From the NCBI GenBank assembly GCA_964188305.1, contig OZ076887.1: 64,000 nucleotides of DNA. One strand, written 5' to 3'. The notes under the pieces are model-generated. The model was not told the DNA's origin. It did no database searches and saw nothing but the letters and a program-made list of their open reading frames with translations. Both the position numbers and the translations under genes were made by a program. Source of the DNA: Podarcis bocagei (taxonomy: Eukaryota). Position 1 is the stretch's first letter; every line of letters begins with the position of its first letter. This document shows positions 1-13,038 of this stretch, piece after piece.

Positions 1-2089
1 TTAGTATGATTGAATACTTTTAAATCCTATTGTTTTAACCTAACTTTATTTATATGTTGGCTTGCTACCAGGACATTAATAGAATTTCAAACTGTGAAGA
101 TTATCTAGGATTTTGGAAAGCCAACATAGGGTTTTTTCACACAAAGAAGGCAGAACCATACAATTACGATACTTAAAGAGTGTACAGTGTTATTTTCTGG
201 CTAATGTTTAAGATATACTTGTACAGATATGCTGTTTGTGTGATATATGATTCCATGTGGTATATACATTACAGCTGAAAATTCTGCAGCCATCACTATT
301 CTGAAATGTTGGTGGCCATGTAGTGCGAAGGCATCTGCTCACACAAATTTTGCTTTCTGATGACTGATTCACATATGAAGTAGAACCCACATCATCATAT
401 CAGCATTATTCAAGGTTGAGCTGCATACATGCAGGTACCCCTTGTGTGATGTCAACTTCCCTAATTTCTATCACAGCTTCTTTGATACCTATAGAGTGGT
501 GATTCAAAAAAGGTCATACCTGCTCATGCAGTCACACTGGAAATGCCTCTGGGAGTGAACATGTTACATGTGAACTACAATTCTTCCACAAACATAGCTA
601 CACAATTATAAGGTATTTCATTTTTAATATATAGTTGTTGAACAGAAAGAGATAAATGGAATGGTTTCAGAGCTGTAAACTCTCCAGTTTATAGCTATAA
701 ACAATGGTGACTGGAAATATTTACCCAGCTAACAAAACAAGCAAGTCCTACTTTCTGTCAGAATAGATAAGATTCAGGTTTCTGCAGGCAGTTGACATGA
801 ACAAACTAGTGACCTAAGTAACACCTGAGCAATGAATGCACTTGGTTGTCGTGTCCCGTCCCCCCCACGTATATATTGTTAGTAATTTATGGCATCATGA
901 AAGCAATATCTTTTCCTTTTACTTAATACTTCCCTCTATAGCTGAGCTGCTTTTCCAGTAGTTACTCATTTGTTGCCCCAGGTATTTTCCTGTTGACACA
1001 AAGAGAGTGAGTGTTTAGGAGCAAGCATGCACTAAAGAAAACATTAGCATATGGAAGGGCAAGCAACTGAGACCCATAGGAAAAGCTCATTCTTCTATCC
1101 TTGCTTTCATTAAAGGCAGGGGAGGCACTGAAACAGCACATTCCTGGCATTTGCACTGTAACGGCTTGATGTAATGCAACATTTCATTAACCTTCTGTGG
1201 GAGACATCCATCTAGCACACGCAGCTTTTGCTATATAGTTATTTTCCAAGGCCAAGATATATAATTGGTTAGTTCTAGCATGATTTGTGTGTGTATTCGA
1301 GCACACGGTTCTCAATAAAATGAATTGTGCATATTAACAACAATGTAGGGCAGAGAGGTACCACGTTTATGTATGGTTTTGTTAAAGACTGCCTGGTCCA
1401 TTTGTAAATATGCCTGTATCTTCAGTGAACTGAACTGGATCTGAAGAGCAGCTCTCTTCCCCCCCCCTTCCGCTACATCCCAGCCTTGAAGCCAACACAT
1501 TTTTCTTTGTAGCTTTACTGGCAATCCACCAAAGACAAACACTTTGTAACCTCCATACAAGCCCCTTTGGATAAAGGTTATAAAGAGATTGTGCTTGGAA
1601 GATTACACCTATTGCTCTTTTGTCTTGAAAGTGGTAGATAACTCGGGCTCCTTTTATCTTGTTGCAAGTTATACATAAATGTGGTCAAACAGCAGTGATG
1701 TTTTTTTGATCATGACAGAAACTGATGAAGTCAAGCCAAAATATCAGTGTTGCTTTAGACTGATCCATGCACTTTCAATAACTAATGAAATACAGGTTTT
1801 TTAGAAATTGGTATATTGTATTGAAAAACTATGTGAACAAATTACTAACAGAAAAGTAAATTCTTCATGGAACACACTGCTTGGGGTTAGCCTTACGTTT
1901 TTTGGAAACCCATCTGCTGCTGCATAACTTTATGGCCTAAAAAAAAAACCACTATAGGATGCAATTGATAAATTTATTCCAGTTTTATTTTACAGCCTTT
2001 GTGCACTTACAATGCATAGTAACATAGTTGCTGTTTGATTTGACGTTTCTAAGAGTGAATTTGGAGCAGATTGTCTACAGCTTTGGTCA

Positions 2090-2204
2090 CATGTCGCAAT
2101 TTAGCACTTCTGTACATGCGCAACCGTTCCGGTACTTCCAGGTTTTGGCAGTCCGTAACCCCAAAAAACACAACCTGAAGCAGCTGTAACCCAAGGTATG
2201 ACTG
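2090..2204. mobile_element. Tc1/mariner (pogo/Tigger-like) MITE, one terminus only
   Basis: Ends in ...AACCCAAGGTATGACTG followed by TA (reverse complement CAGTCATACCT, a Tigger-type TIR); other end not found. Confidence 0.55.
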
Positions 2205-4514
2205 TATATAGAAAGTATTTGCTCAACATGTAACCATTGGGTTTTCTTCTGAGGTTTTCTGTTCTACACAGTATGTTCTCTCTTGGACTTTTATATGCTG
2301 CTTCTGTTTTAAGCCTGCGTGATCTGAAAGAATTTTGTCTGTGCTGAGTTCAGCTGCTCAGTTCCCAATCAGATGCTTGGTGCAAAAGTGAACTGGCTCT
2401 TCACCTTTGAGCTGACAGGGGTTTGTTGCCTTTCTTTATGCAGAACAATGTAGACATGCAAAAGAGTAGCTAACTACATAGATGCTATCTTTTCCAGGCC
2501 TTTCAAAAGAGATCTCCAAAGAGCCTTTTAATAATAAAAAATGAAACCATTTTAACATCTTTTGCTATCTTGCTCCCTCAAAACTGATGCTCAGCTCATG
2601 TGTTTATTTATTGACTATTGCATCATTATATTGAACTGTTTTAAGATGATATTGTGCATTGCCTACAGGCTGCAGCATTAGACAGCTAACAAATCTAAGG
2701 TAATATTGTACTGAATGATATCCACTCATATGTGCAATGGGTCTTCCAGATTTTCTTCTTCCCCCTCTAGCAACCAACCCTTGGAGCTCATTTCGGGTCA
2801 CATAGGAGCCTGCAGTTAGGAGGAGATGAAGCTTTGTTGCATTGCCAAATACCTATTTGCTTTACTGTGGAGCTCAAACTTTAAGAAATTAATAGACAAT
2901 ACATTTCAAATAGTCTGACTATAGTTAAATACTGGCTTTATACATACAGTAGAAAAGGAAACATAATCTTCTATTGTCTATTTCAACATCTGTAAATCTC
3001 GCATTTCAAATGGCACAGATATCTAAGGACTGGAGACAAGGTGAAACACAAGTCTTTCCTCTGACTTTAATAGAAGTAGGATTGTTAAGTTAAAGTGGTT
3101 TTCTTTTCAGGTGAGGCTTTATAGTGTAGTAATGAAAAATATGTGATAATAAAAGTTACAGATTTATTTTCCTGTGAATAAAAGACTACTGCCTTTGATA
3201 TCAGAGCTTCAGCTGTAAACAGACCTTTTAAAATAAAAATATAGCATAGGTAGATAAGATGGTTTATTTATGTCTGTCAAACATTCATGATAAAGAAAAT
3301 GAACTAACATTATGCAGAACAGCGGGCCCTGAGGAACTGTAGTACAAGCAGGTGGATTAGTATATAGAGCACAACAAACACCACTCTGTTTCCTCAGCTT
3401 AAAAAAGGTAGCAGTCACAAAGATTCATAAAAATTATGGTGTAAAACCTAGATTGTGGCAATTTCAGACATTGGATTAAGTGAAGCTGATGCAGGCCAAG
3501 GACTAATGGACATGAATAGAAATTTAAGGAGATGTGGAGAAGATACAATTATATATAAAAGAAGCAAAGCACTTGGATCTCTCACTTAGACGAAGCCCTG
3601 AATTGTCATTGACAGTTTTCTCAATCTTGTCAGTAACGGTGGGCTCCCACGGTGCCAGCAAACTGTGAACAATTTTCTGTGGTAGCTGTTTCAACCAGAT
3701 TGTATTAAGATGAACTATTGTCATGAGACATATGTACACAGAAGTTTTTCCTTGCTTTTGTGAGATGTAGGAAGTGTATTTTTTTTAGCTATTTGTCCAC
3801 TTTATGTAACAGAGAGTCTATTCCTTGAAAGGAATAAATGTTGTGGCATTTCTGTTTTTCGCGTCTTTGAAACATATTGTTACAGAACAAACTAAATCTG
3901 TAAGTGTAAACTTAATTTATGAAGGGTTTGAGATCATGTGGACATGTAATATGATAACTACAATATAATTTGCCATCATTACTAGTTATATGACATAACT
4001 AATGTCATAAACATATTAGTTATATATCATAACTAATGATAATTACCTGGTTTCAAATCTGAAACCATGGGGAAGGTTGGGAAGGTGATAACAACAATGT
4101 CTGCACTTAGCACTTGCCCATCCTGGATCATAAAAAGGTCAGAGCTGACCTGGTTTACATGGGGTTTGAGTGTTGTGAAATCCTCCTTAAAGTTGTAGTT
4201 ACATCTAGGCTTATGATAGCTGTGGTAAACCATTACAGGCATAATTTGTTTTATTGCGCTTAATTGCGTTGCTCAGGTATTGCTCCTTATGTGGAGTTGC
4301 AGGCAGCCAGACCACGCAGGGGAAGGAAGCTCCCTGCTGCCCCTCTTCTGGCCATGGGAGTGGAGCTGGCTTGAGCTAGAGCTCCACAGCGACGGGAACC
4401 TGGCTTAATAGTATATTGTAATCATATATATGTGTATACAGTGCATATGGAAGGCATAGAAACATTGGTCCCAGTGGGAGTGAGTTGCCTATATATCACT
4501 TCCATAAATCAGTA

Positions 4515-4740
4515 CAGTGGTACCTCAGGTTACATACGCTTCAGGTTACAGACTCCACTAACCCAGAAATAGTACCTCGGGTTAAGAACTTTGCTTCAGT
4601 ATGAGAACAGAAATTGTGTGGCAGCAGCGCAGCAGCAGTGGGAGGCCCCATTAGCAAAAGTGGTGCTTCAGGTTAAGAACAGTTTCAGGTTAAGAACGGA
4701 CCTCCAGAACGAATTAAGTACTTAACCCGAGGTACCACTG
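4515..4740 (+). mobile_element. Tc1/mariner (Tigger-like) MITE, ~226 bp, family A
   Basis: TIRs CAGTGGTACCTC...GAGGTACCACTG, preceded by TA; internal GGTTAAGAAC repeats; near-identical copies at 15165, 30067 and 52758. Confidence 0.9.
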
Positions 4741-7700
4741 GTATACTCAACATGTAAGCCTGGTAGGCTTTCATCTCAGCATAGACATGACATGAATACT
4801 TTATAGCAAAGAAACCCAACAGCAACAAAACCCCAGTACAGAACAGTTAGCCATTATAAAGCTCTGTTAATTCCAAAGGGATTGAAGCAGTGAACTATGC
4901 AGTGGCTTGTGGTCACCCAAAGCCACTCCTGTTATCATGTGTGCACAATTCCGCCTTGCACATATGGAGCACACACTGCTCGGTCAAGAAGACTGATAAG
5001 CTCTTGCACGCACAGAGTTCTATGCATGCATTGAAGCTGCTGGAGAACAGCCAAAATGCAGATTTATGTAAAGGACACATGGTTACAAAACAGATTATGC
5101 TGATTATGCAGAAATAAACTTGACTAAATAGATTCAAATTGCAGACCAGAGAGGACAAATAAAAGTACAAATTCATTTACAAAAAGATAATGAACTGAAT
5201 GACAGATGCCTTTACTAGAAGCATGCAATTTATGTTGAAAACCACTGCAATATTTTGTCTTTTAAAACACCAGGACACTCAGATTTACAGCAGGCCTGCT
5301 TCTGTGTAGGAGTTTTAGCTATTTTGAATTATAATGAAATGCAGCCTTAATTATCATTAAATCTGAAGGCAAGAGGAAGCCTTCAAGGCCAATTAAGTTT
5401 AAAGTAAAGTACTCCACAAGGAAGTTGCTTAAGATCCCTGGTGCACCAGTTTATTTTTATATCATATTTGAAACAATCTTCTAAGCATAGAGAATTTAGA
5501 TTTTGAAATTATTATTTTTTTGTTGAAGCACACAAAAATTGTTCTGTTTGGGACTTTAGCAGTTAACAAAATAGTAGCATAATTTTTATTTCTTTGCTGC
5601 CCTCTCAGCAGCTTTTCATTAGCACAGTTTACCTAACCAAATTGACTGAATACATCCTTTCATCTTTTTGGGGATTAGACTGAAGAAACTGCTCCATGAT
5701 CTCCCTCTGAAATGTCTTATTGAAGATGTGAGAAAGATTTGGCTATGTGGCAATGTCATAAAACCAATTCAGAGTGAGGTCAGAAAGCCTTCATTGCACT
5801 TATTGAAAGAAGACGGAGGGGCACCAGCTGCCATTTCTAGTAAGATGGATAAGACACTTTGTTCCTGTTCACAGCCCCAAACAACAACAGTAACTGAATA
5901 ATAACTTCTTAATAAATGAAATGGTGGTAGGTTTAAAACTCCCAAGTAGGTTTTTGAAGTCAGATATGTGGCTTCAGCACAGCCCTAGTATTAACCAAGG
6001 AGGTGTGACAGAATGGTTCAACTTTGCTGGGATTTTGATGCCAGGTTAAAAATATACTTGTTCTCCTGGACATTTGTTGGAATTTAACTGAAGTTGCTCA
6101 ATGTTCTTAAGATATTGTTGGGTTTTGTATAATGCATTATTTTGTATTATTTGGAAACAGCTGTGATTCTTCTGTAATCTCTCCCCCTCCCCAAGAATAA
6201 TTTGCACTGTCATCTATTGCATTATTTCCCTAGATAAGTCAGATTAGTGCAGAAATTCCCATAATAACCAGTGATGCTTATTGTGAAATTGCTATTGTGG
6301 GCACTTAAATGCTGCTACTGCCTTTAGTAGTAGCAAAGTAATACTACAATAATTCACTCACTGGAATGAGCCCAGAAGTTACTGATGGAAAAATAAGGTG
6401 AAAGCTCAGGTGTTACTTCCCATCAATGGGTGACTAGAATGTTGGCTCTTAAGGACAGGTAGATGTAAAAAATGATTGACTGCAAGATTAAGCCTCTCTG
6501 CAGGATGCTAAAAAGATATCCTGTCCAATTTTAAAAGATCAGCTGCCATAACCACACAAAGTCTTATCCCTTGATAAATTTGATGCTGTTGTTAGTGAAA
6601 GAAAGTGGAATTTTAAGCAAAGAGGTCAGCAAATGTTGTGAATACTGCCCTAATGCCATATAGTGCTTTTTATTGTTTAACATATTCTCCTTTACAAATT
6701 AAGTAACTGATTGAGTTGGGAAGGTAAAGGGATGATGTAGGAGATCTTCCATTTTGAAACATTTGCAGTAAATTCCAGACTAATCAGTTTCATTATACTT
6801 TTCTTATTGGCTTACTATGTTATAAAACTTTAATTAGAAAGTGCAAATCTACCTAATCATTCACCCATTTGCAGGCACTTCCAATTGATTCTGAATCCAC
6901 AAGGGTTTGCCTGCAAAGTATTTTTTTTTTACTTAAACTTCACTGCTGTTTTGGAAACCACAGCTTTTCTGTGCCCCTAGCAGCTCTTTGACTTCTAAGA
7001 CCATCCAAGGTTTCATTTGGCAGGCCATGGACATGAGCATGCTTTGTAGTGGGTGCTTGCCAGTGGATCTGTGCCAACAGCTGTTACTTTGTTCATTTCA
7101 GCTTGAAGAGGTATTACTGAGAAATAGCCAATATCCACACAGATAATGAGAGTCCCAAAATTTCTATCCAGGTTTCATCACATGGGGGAAATAAATTGTT
7201 TCTCCCAAATCTCTCTTAGCATCATAGAAAGATGGGTGGATTGGTGCTTATACATGTCCATTAGCGCACAGCTGAAAAACGTAACTGCTTGTCTCTGGCA
7301 GGGTCCTTTTACAATTTGGTTGGTGCATATTTAGGATTGGAAATGTCAGACTGTCTGCTGTTCTTGTTTTGTCCTTTATTTAAAGCCTGGTTTCTGACTG
7401 AAACGTTCAGAACAAGATAGTTATTACACTCTGTAAACTTAATTCAAGAAAGTATTGTGTTTTGTGAATAGTTTGAAAACATACACAAAAACATATGGCT
7501 AGAGAAGCATTTCTACTTTCACAATGCATGCTTGCAAAGAATTTGATGGATGGAAGTAGTGAACAAGGCAGATGGGAAACGTGGGTGGACAGAGATGGGA
7601 ATGGAATTTTGAGCACCACCTTTTGGGAGGGTGTGCAAATCTAGGCTGTTAAAGTAGATTTATCACAGTTGTGCCTCAGAAATCATGGTGTGTGTGTTGT

Positions 7701-8425
7701 GGGTGTGTTGGTGTCTGTGTGTACCAATTGGAAGTTAGATATTGATGTGGTCTGTAAAGCTGCTCTGTAGCTTTTCTCCACATATATTATCATATAGTGG
7801 CTGAGCAATTTACAACATAAATTTTGTACATCACCCATTTAGCCTGTTGTGATTAATTTCCTGCAGGGCCATGTCTTTGAACCTCAGGCAATCAATGAAG
7901 TACAATAGTAGATGTTACCAGCAAAAAAAGGAGCATTTGAAAGAGATATTTACAGCCATGTGTTTTATAAGAACAAATACGATATTTTGAATCGCAGGTA
8001 TGGAATCTAAAGCCTATGCCATTATGATGACAACAGATCTGTGTTTACACAAAGAAATCTGTGTTTACAACAATTATTTAGATTTGTTAGGTTATTCAGA
8101 AATGGCTTTATTCTATTATGTCAACACATTTTAATGCACTGAAACACTTGTCCTGGTTTTTCCTTGAATAAAAATACATTCATTTGGGGGCATTCCACTG
8201 CATCACTGGTCACAACTACTATATCTTTCCATAATTATTTGATTTGTATTTGTTATTCTGTATTTTGCTTTATACTAAAAAGTCTCAAAGCAATTTACAA
8301 GTTATACAATAAAACATACAAACACATTAGAACAATAAGCAAGAAACAATATAAATGCAGTAACAATTATAAAAGAAACACTAACCCTTCAGCTATAGCA
8401 TCAATATAATTAAAGTCAGTTTAAT

Positions 8426-8500
8426 ATAGTAGTTAGAGTACTTGACTAATACCTGGATGAGGAGGGTGCAAATCCCCACTCAGCTCTGAATTTCACCAGG
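8426..8500 (+). mobile_element. Degenerate tRNA-derived SINE head (MIR/Squam-like)
   Basis: TAGTAGTTAGAG...GGTGCAAATCCCCACTCAGC resembles degenerate A/B boxes and parallels the better copy at 51041. Confidence 0.4.
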
Positions 8501-8540
8501 CGTGCTGAGTTGCACCGTGTTTGGACTTCCTGTGGCATTT

Positions 8541-8595
8541 AGATAAATTTATTGTCATTGTCAGTATATACACAGTATACACAACAACGAAAATC
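8541..8595 (-). mobile_element. Rex1/Babar-like LINE 3' tail fragment
   Basis: Minus strand reads TTTCGTTGTTGTGTATACTGTG...GACAATGACAATAAA, resembling Rex1-type 3' ends. Confidence 0.4.
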
Positions 8596-9635
8596 AAACA
8601 CCCTTGGAATGAAACCTGATCTATCAAACAGATTTTGTACCTGAATTGATTCCCTGTTTTTGACCCTGGTGTGTTTGGACTGCACACCACTGGAGTATAG
8701 TTCCACTGGAGGACAAGTCAATGATACAATGGGGGGGGGGGCTTACACTGCCAGAGTAAGCTCAAGAATGAGCATGCACTTGCATTTGGTTTTATTTGTC
8801 TAGAGTCTTTTATTGCATTCTAGCTGTTTTCTAATCTGCTTCATCAGGCTCAGGCTCATCAGGCTTTATCACAGATCTTTCCAGGCTGGTGAAGTGGAAG
8901 AGGGCATGGCAGGATGCATGTGTGTCAACCACCCAAGTCATCTCTGATTTCCTCAGATTGACCTAGACTTTGACAGTATCACTAGACTTGTCAGCTGGGA
9001 AATCCCCCAGAGCCCTTTGGAAGGCGTCAGTCTCTGAGGGCAAGGTATTTTAATTGCTAGTTTGCAACTGGCAGGATGGAAAATGCTAATATGAAGGGTT
9101 TCTTCTTAGAAAGCAGATGGCTACCTCTCATGTATAAACAAAGATACTATTGGCATCTGTAGCAGACAGTATGGAGGGGGTGGCAGTATACACTGATTTC
9201 CCATTGGCTGAGTTGCTGCCCCCATACCAGGAAGAAGAGGATGAGGGGTGAGGTGGCAGGCAGGTCAGCACAGTGCAAATGCACTAGCAGGAGCATCAGT
9301 TTAGCACATTTGCACTGTGCTGACCTGTCCACTGCCTTGCCTCTTCCCCTCTCCTTTCTGGTAAGCAGCAGCAACTCAGCTGTCAGGAGATCAGGTGAGT
9401 GCTGCACACCACCACATTAACTGATGGGCATAGTTGAAAAGAGCCCTACTTTTCTAACATTCTCATAAGCCGAGTTTTACACTTGTACAATTCTGTGCAA
9501 TATTTAGGTAGCACCTTAATTTACATGCAAGCCTCTTTCTTCTGATTTGGTTAGGCAATACGGTTCATTGTTCTTCCATGCCATCTTGGCTGCATTGTTG
9601 CTGAAATTCTGCCTTGGTGCAAAATTGTAAAACTG

Positions 9636-10262
9636 GGAGTAATGACCTAGAGGAGGTGTGTTAGCAAATGGGCAGAAATTGCAGGGAAGCAGATTTCAGC
9701 TAAAACATTGGAAGGATTTCAACGTCATGCTAAGATGATCATTCCATCAGGGCAAGCATTTTGGCTTGCCATATGGAGCATCCCCCTCTCCTCTGTCTGC
9801 ACACTATTCTGTGGGTTCTACCAATCCATCCACCCCAAGCAAATTGTGGGGGGTGGGGCTTATAGTAAGGTTACCAGATTTTTTTCAATGAATCCGGGGA
9901 CACTTTTCAACTTCAATGGATTTTATATGGGGACTGTCCCTGGGAAACGGGGACGTCTGGTAACCTTAGTTTATATGGGGAGGAGAGGGGGAAACCCCAT
10001 TGCATGAGTTGAAGTCCTCGTGCGGGACTTTCATTGACAGAACTGATTAACTGGCTTCCACTCTGGGAGAAACCTCTTAATAGTACGAGCTGTTTGACAA
10101 AGCAGCATAGTGTCTTGGGAGGTAGTGAGCGATCCTCTGCTGAAGGTATTTAAGCAGAAGTTGCATGACCATCTGTCAGGGATGCTGCAGTTGCAGCCTG
10201 CATTGCAGATATTGGACTCAGCAGAGGAAACTAGGTGACTTCTAAGGTTCATTCTATTTCAT
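9636..10262 (+). mobile_element. CR1 LINE 3' end, split by an insertion at ~9708-10065
   Basis: The left part encodes a degenerate NGQKLQGSRFQL. The right part continues RNLLIVRAV...LLKVFKQKLHDHLSGML, the CR1 ORF2 C-terminus, then a degenerate ATTCTAT tail. Confidence 0.7.
9866..9968. mobile_element. hAT (Tip100-like) MITE, 103 bp
   Basis: TIRs TAAGGTTACCAGA / TCTGGTAACCTTA; 8-bp TSD-like flanks GCTTATAG / GTTTATAT. Confidence 0.75.
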
Positions 10263-10592
10263 ACCTTGCTTTCTGACAACTGGGTTTCATAACAATGATC
10301 GTTGTCACCATTCCAAATTTCTCTTCCTCAGTTTCAACAGCACTTGGACATTAGGGGTGTCTTGTTGGATTGTAGGCTACACTTGTAGCACAGCACAACT
10401 AGTGGACTCTAGGTTAACCTGCCCCAAGCTGTAATTGACAACTCCAGAGGCAAGGGAGGGGTGTGAATGAGCAACTTCTGCGACAATGGGAATCACAGCA
10501 AGGCTGCTTGAGACTGTGATTATCTACTCCTCTCAACTTATTCCCTTGTCAGAAAATAGCTGGCAATGGTAGTATAATAACACTCACCCTTT

Positions 10593-10601
<9 letters not shown>

Positions 10602-10655
<54 letters not shown>
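10602..10655. repeat. Compound microsatellite (CT)n(CA)n
   Basis: Read directly. Confidence 0.95.
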
Positions 10656-10657
<2 letters not shown>

Positions 10658-11395
10658 ACTTTTGTCCCTTTGTTTCTTTTTAGACTAGCGGAAAAATCAA
10701 CATTGAGCTATTTGTTAAGAAAATATGAAACTTTTTCTATGTGAAACCATGCAGAATATCATTTGTCAGACAAATATCCTCTCCAAATCCTGTTACAGAA
10801 ACACAATGTATAGTTTAACATCTGCCTTAAAATGCATTAAAAGCCAACAACTCAATGTCATTTTCAACTGACTTTATAGTATTGCCTGCTTGATTATAGC
10901 TCTCGCCGGGAGAGTAGAGCGTTTTGATATCATCCAACCCCCCAGAGACCCATTCAGACCAGCTGGTTTACTATATATTACATAATTACCCAGCACCTGG
11001 AGCAATTTTGAATTCTTAAGAGGCACTGGGGGCCCACTTCTCAAAATATTTACAGCCTTTTATTCTTTTCAAAACAATCATTTACATATTAAAACATGCT
11101 ATATGCAGATTTGCTTTATTTTTGTTTTCCTTTTAAAAAATTCCCAGATTGTTTTCAGTGGTTAACAGATTTTTTAAAAAAGGCAAAAGCAAAGAAATCT
11201 CTATATGCACCGAACAAAAAATTGTGTGCTTCAATAAAAAAGGAACTATTAGACTACTTTATGAAAATATACTGTATGTAGAATATTTCTACAGAGTCTG
11301 AAGCTACATCACAAGTCCTTCTTCCAATATCCAAAATATTTTCACATGAATTCAGATAGGGACCATATGCTGATGGAGTAAGGTCCTACAGCTGC

Positions 11396-11690
11396 GACTT
11401 CCGGGACAGCGCCATCGGCAATGGCGGAGTTCCTCTGACAGAGAGGAACCCGCTCCGTGAAAATCGGGTCTTGCCGCGGCGGCGAAGGCGGAGACCCTTT
11501 AAAAATCCCAGGCGGAGGAAGCCTGGGAACGTGGGATTCGGCTGACACCAGGAGCGCCTCCCCTACTCGCAGGGAAACCCTTTTTGGGGGGTCCGAAGCG
11601 ACGTGGGGTGAGTGGTGCGGTGTTTTGAATCAACCGCTACTTTTACGGAGAGAAGCCGCACAGCCGTTGCTGGAGAGCGCTGACTTTTTC
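11396..11690 (+). promoter_or_regulatory. CpG-island internal promoter of the L1-like element
   Basis: Dense undecayed CpGs in an otherwise CpG-poor window; starts with the ETS-type motif ACTTCCGG. Confidence 0.6.
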
Positions 11691-12312
11691 CTGTGGACAA
11701 TTGGACTCTCAATAAGTACCCGTGAGTAGAACGGAAAATTGGATTAAATATTAAGAAATATTTCAATTTGGCATTGAAACGGGAAGGTTCTGAACAGGAA
11801 GTCCGCCTCCCGTTTTTTGTAAATAGATGGAAGCAAAAACTTTGTAAGCTAAAGTCTGGAAAGTTGTATATAAAGTTCTAAATTTCCTTCATTCATCACC
11901 ACCAAAACCCCTCTTGGAAGCAGGAGAAAAGAGGGAGATTTTTGACTGTTTAAGCCTGCAGGAGAGAGAGTAAAGAAAGATAAATTTTCCACCGTCTCAA
12001 ACCTGGGAACAGGGTGTCAGAGACCGAAATTTATGGGGAAAGTTCATCGACTGTGAACGGAACGTCTTTTGACAGATAGTAAAAAAAGAGAGAAATATAT
12101 TGATTCCAATGTTGCTTCTTGCAATCAAAAGAAACAAAGTATTTGAAAAGTGAAAGTAATTTTTCTTTGTTGGCCTTGCTTTTAAAAGATGGATACAAAT
12201 AGAAATTGTCTCCTCTAGAGGGAGCTTGTTAATTTGTTGCCGGAGCTGATCTGGGGACCTCACAGCTGTATGATTAGGATCGTGAGACCAGACTCTAACC
12301 TTGGGGGAAAAA

Positions 12313-12915
12313 ATGTGTTTACAAGAAGTCTTGGTGCTTGCTTTTTGCAAGACAAGTGCCTTGCTGGAGCAGATGCATGAGAAGATGGATTTGATAACTG
12401 TTGCAGTTAAAAACTTTGGACAAACAGTGAATACCCATATAGAAACCATTCAGGAACCAGCTCAGGAATCTGCTTTGATAGGGCAAGCGCAAGGGCAGAA
12501 GAAAATGGAGGAGGTTGTTGTTGAACCTCAAATAACACAAATGGAGAGATCCGAGGCCTTGCAGGAGTATAAGCCGCTGTTCTTGAAGTTCAAATCTGGA
12601 GTGGACCAGGGGGGGTCTGGAGTTGTGAGGGCTCTTAATTTTGGAAAGACTTTGAAACATGCTCTTAAATATTTTTTGGATTACAGTGTTGACTGTGAGG
12701 AATGGGACTGTGGGAAATGGGCTGATCTGCTGAGGAGAGATGGAGATACTTTTGGATTGGAGTCCTCCCGAGACCTACCCCCCAATGAGAAAGGAAAGAA
12801 AACAAGAAAAAGATCAACAAAAGATGAAGTAAAGGGCAGGTATAAACAAGAAGAAGACCTGCGGAAGGGACATGGAAAAGATTTAAGAGCCTCGGACATA
12901 AGAGCACCAGGTTGA
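12313..12915 (+). CDS. Intact ~200-aa ORF of the HAL1-like element (possible ORF1p-like protein, putative N-terminal coiled coil, basic C-terminus)
   Basis: First ATG at 12313 has A at -3 (the track starts at an upstream TTG); longest ORF in the window outside the GC-rich 36.6-37.5 kb region; purine-rich sense strand as in L1; no recognisable EN/RT motifs. Confidence 0.55.
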   Translation: MCLQEVLVLAFCKTSALLEQMHEKMDLITVAVKNFGQTVNTHIETIQEPAQESALIGQAQGQKKMEEVVVEPQITQMERSEALQEYKPLFLKFKSGVDQGGSGVVRALNFGKTLKHALKYFLDYSVDCEEWDCGKWADLLRRDGDTFGLESSRDLPPNEKGKKTRKRSTKDEVKGRYKQEEDLRKGHGKDLRASDIRAPG

Positions 12916-13038
12916 TGGACTAGATAGACGAGAAAGGACTGACAAAACTCGAGACCAGGAAGAAGAGACGATGGATGAAGATTGGAAGAAAGTTTCAAAA
13001 TTTATTTAGAAAAGTATTGTAAAATTAATGAGTATTAG
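12912..13038 (+). pseudogene. Frameshifted remnant of the L1 ORF2 C-terminus
   Basis: LMD*...TRDQEEETMDEDWKK/F../YLEKYCKINEY* resembles the terminal residues of lizard L1 ORF2p. Confidence 0.6.

Noticed and set aside
1513-1576. Possible small exon after TTTCTTTGTAG
   Set aside because: Weak donor (GTTATA) and unrecognised peptide
5668-5901. 77-aa ORF with protein-like composition
   Set aside because: TTG start, no splice context or family motif; length compatible with chance
7867-7997. Exon-like segment bounded by CTGCAG and GTATGG
   Set aside because: Stops in all three frames; no support as a coding exon
11457-11729. 90-aa ORF in the L1-like leader, plus antisense ORFs at 11997-12998
   Set aside because: Non-ATG or GC-driven ORFs and shadow frames of the sense ORF; no recognisable motifs
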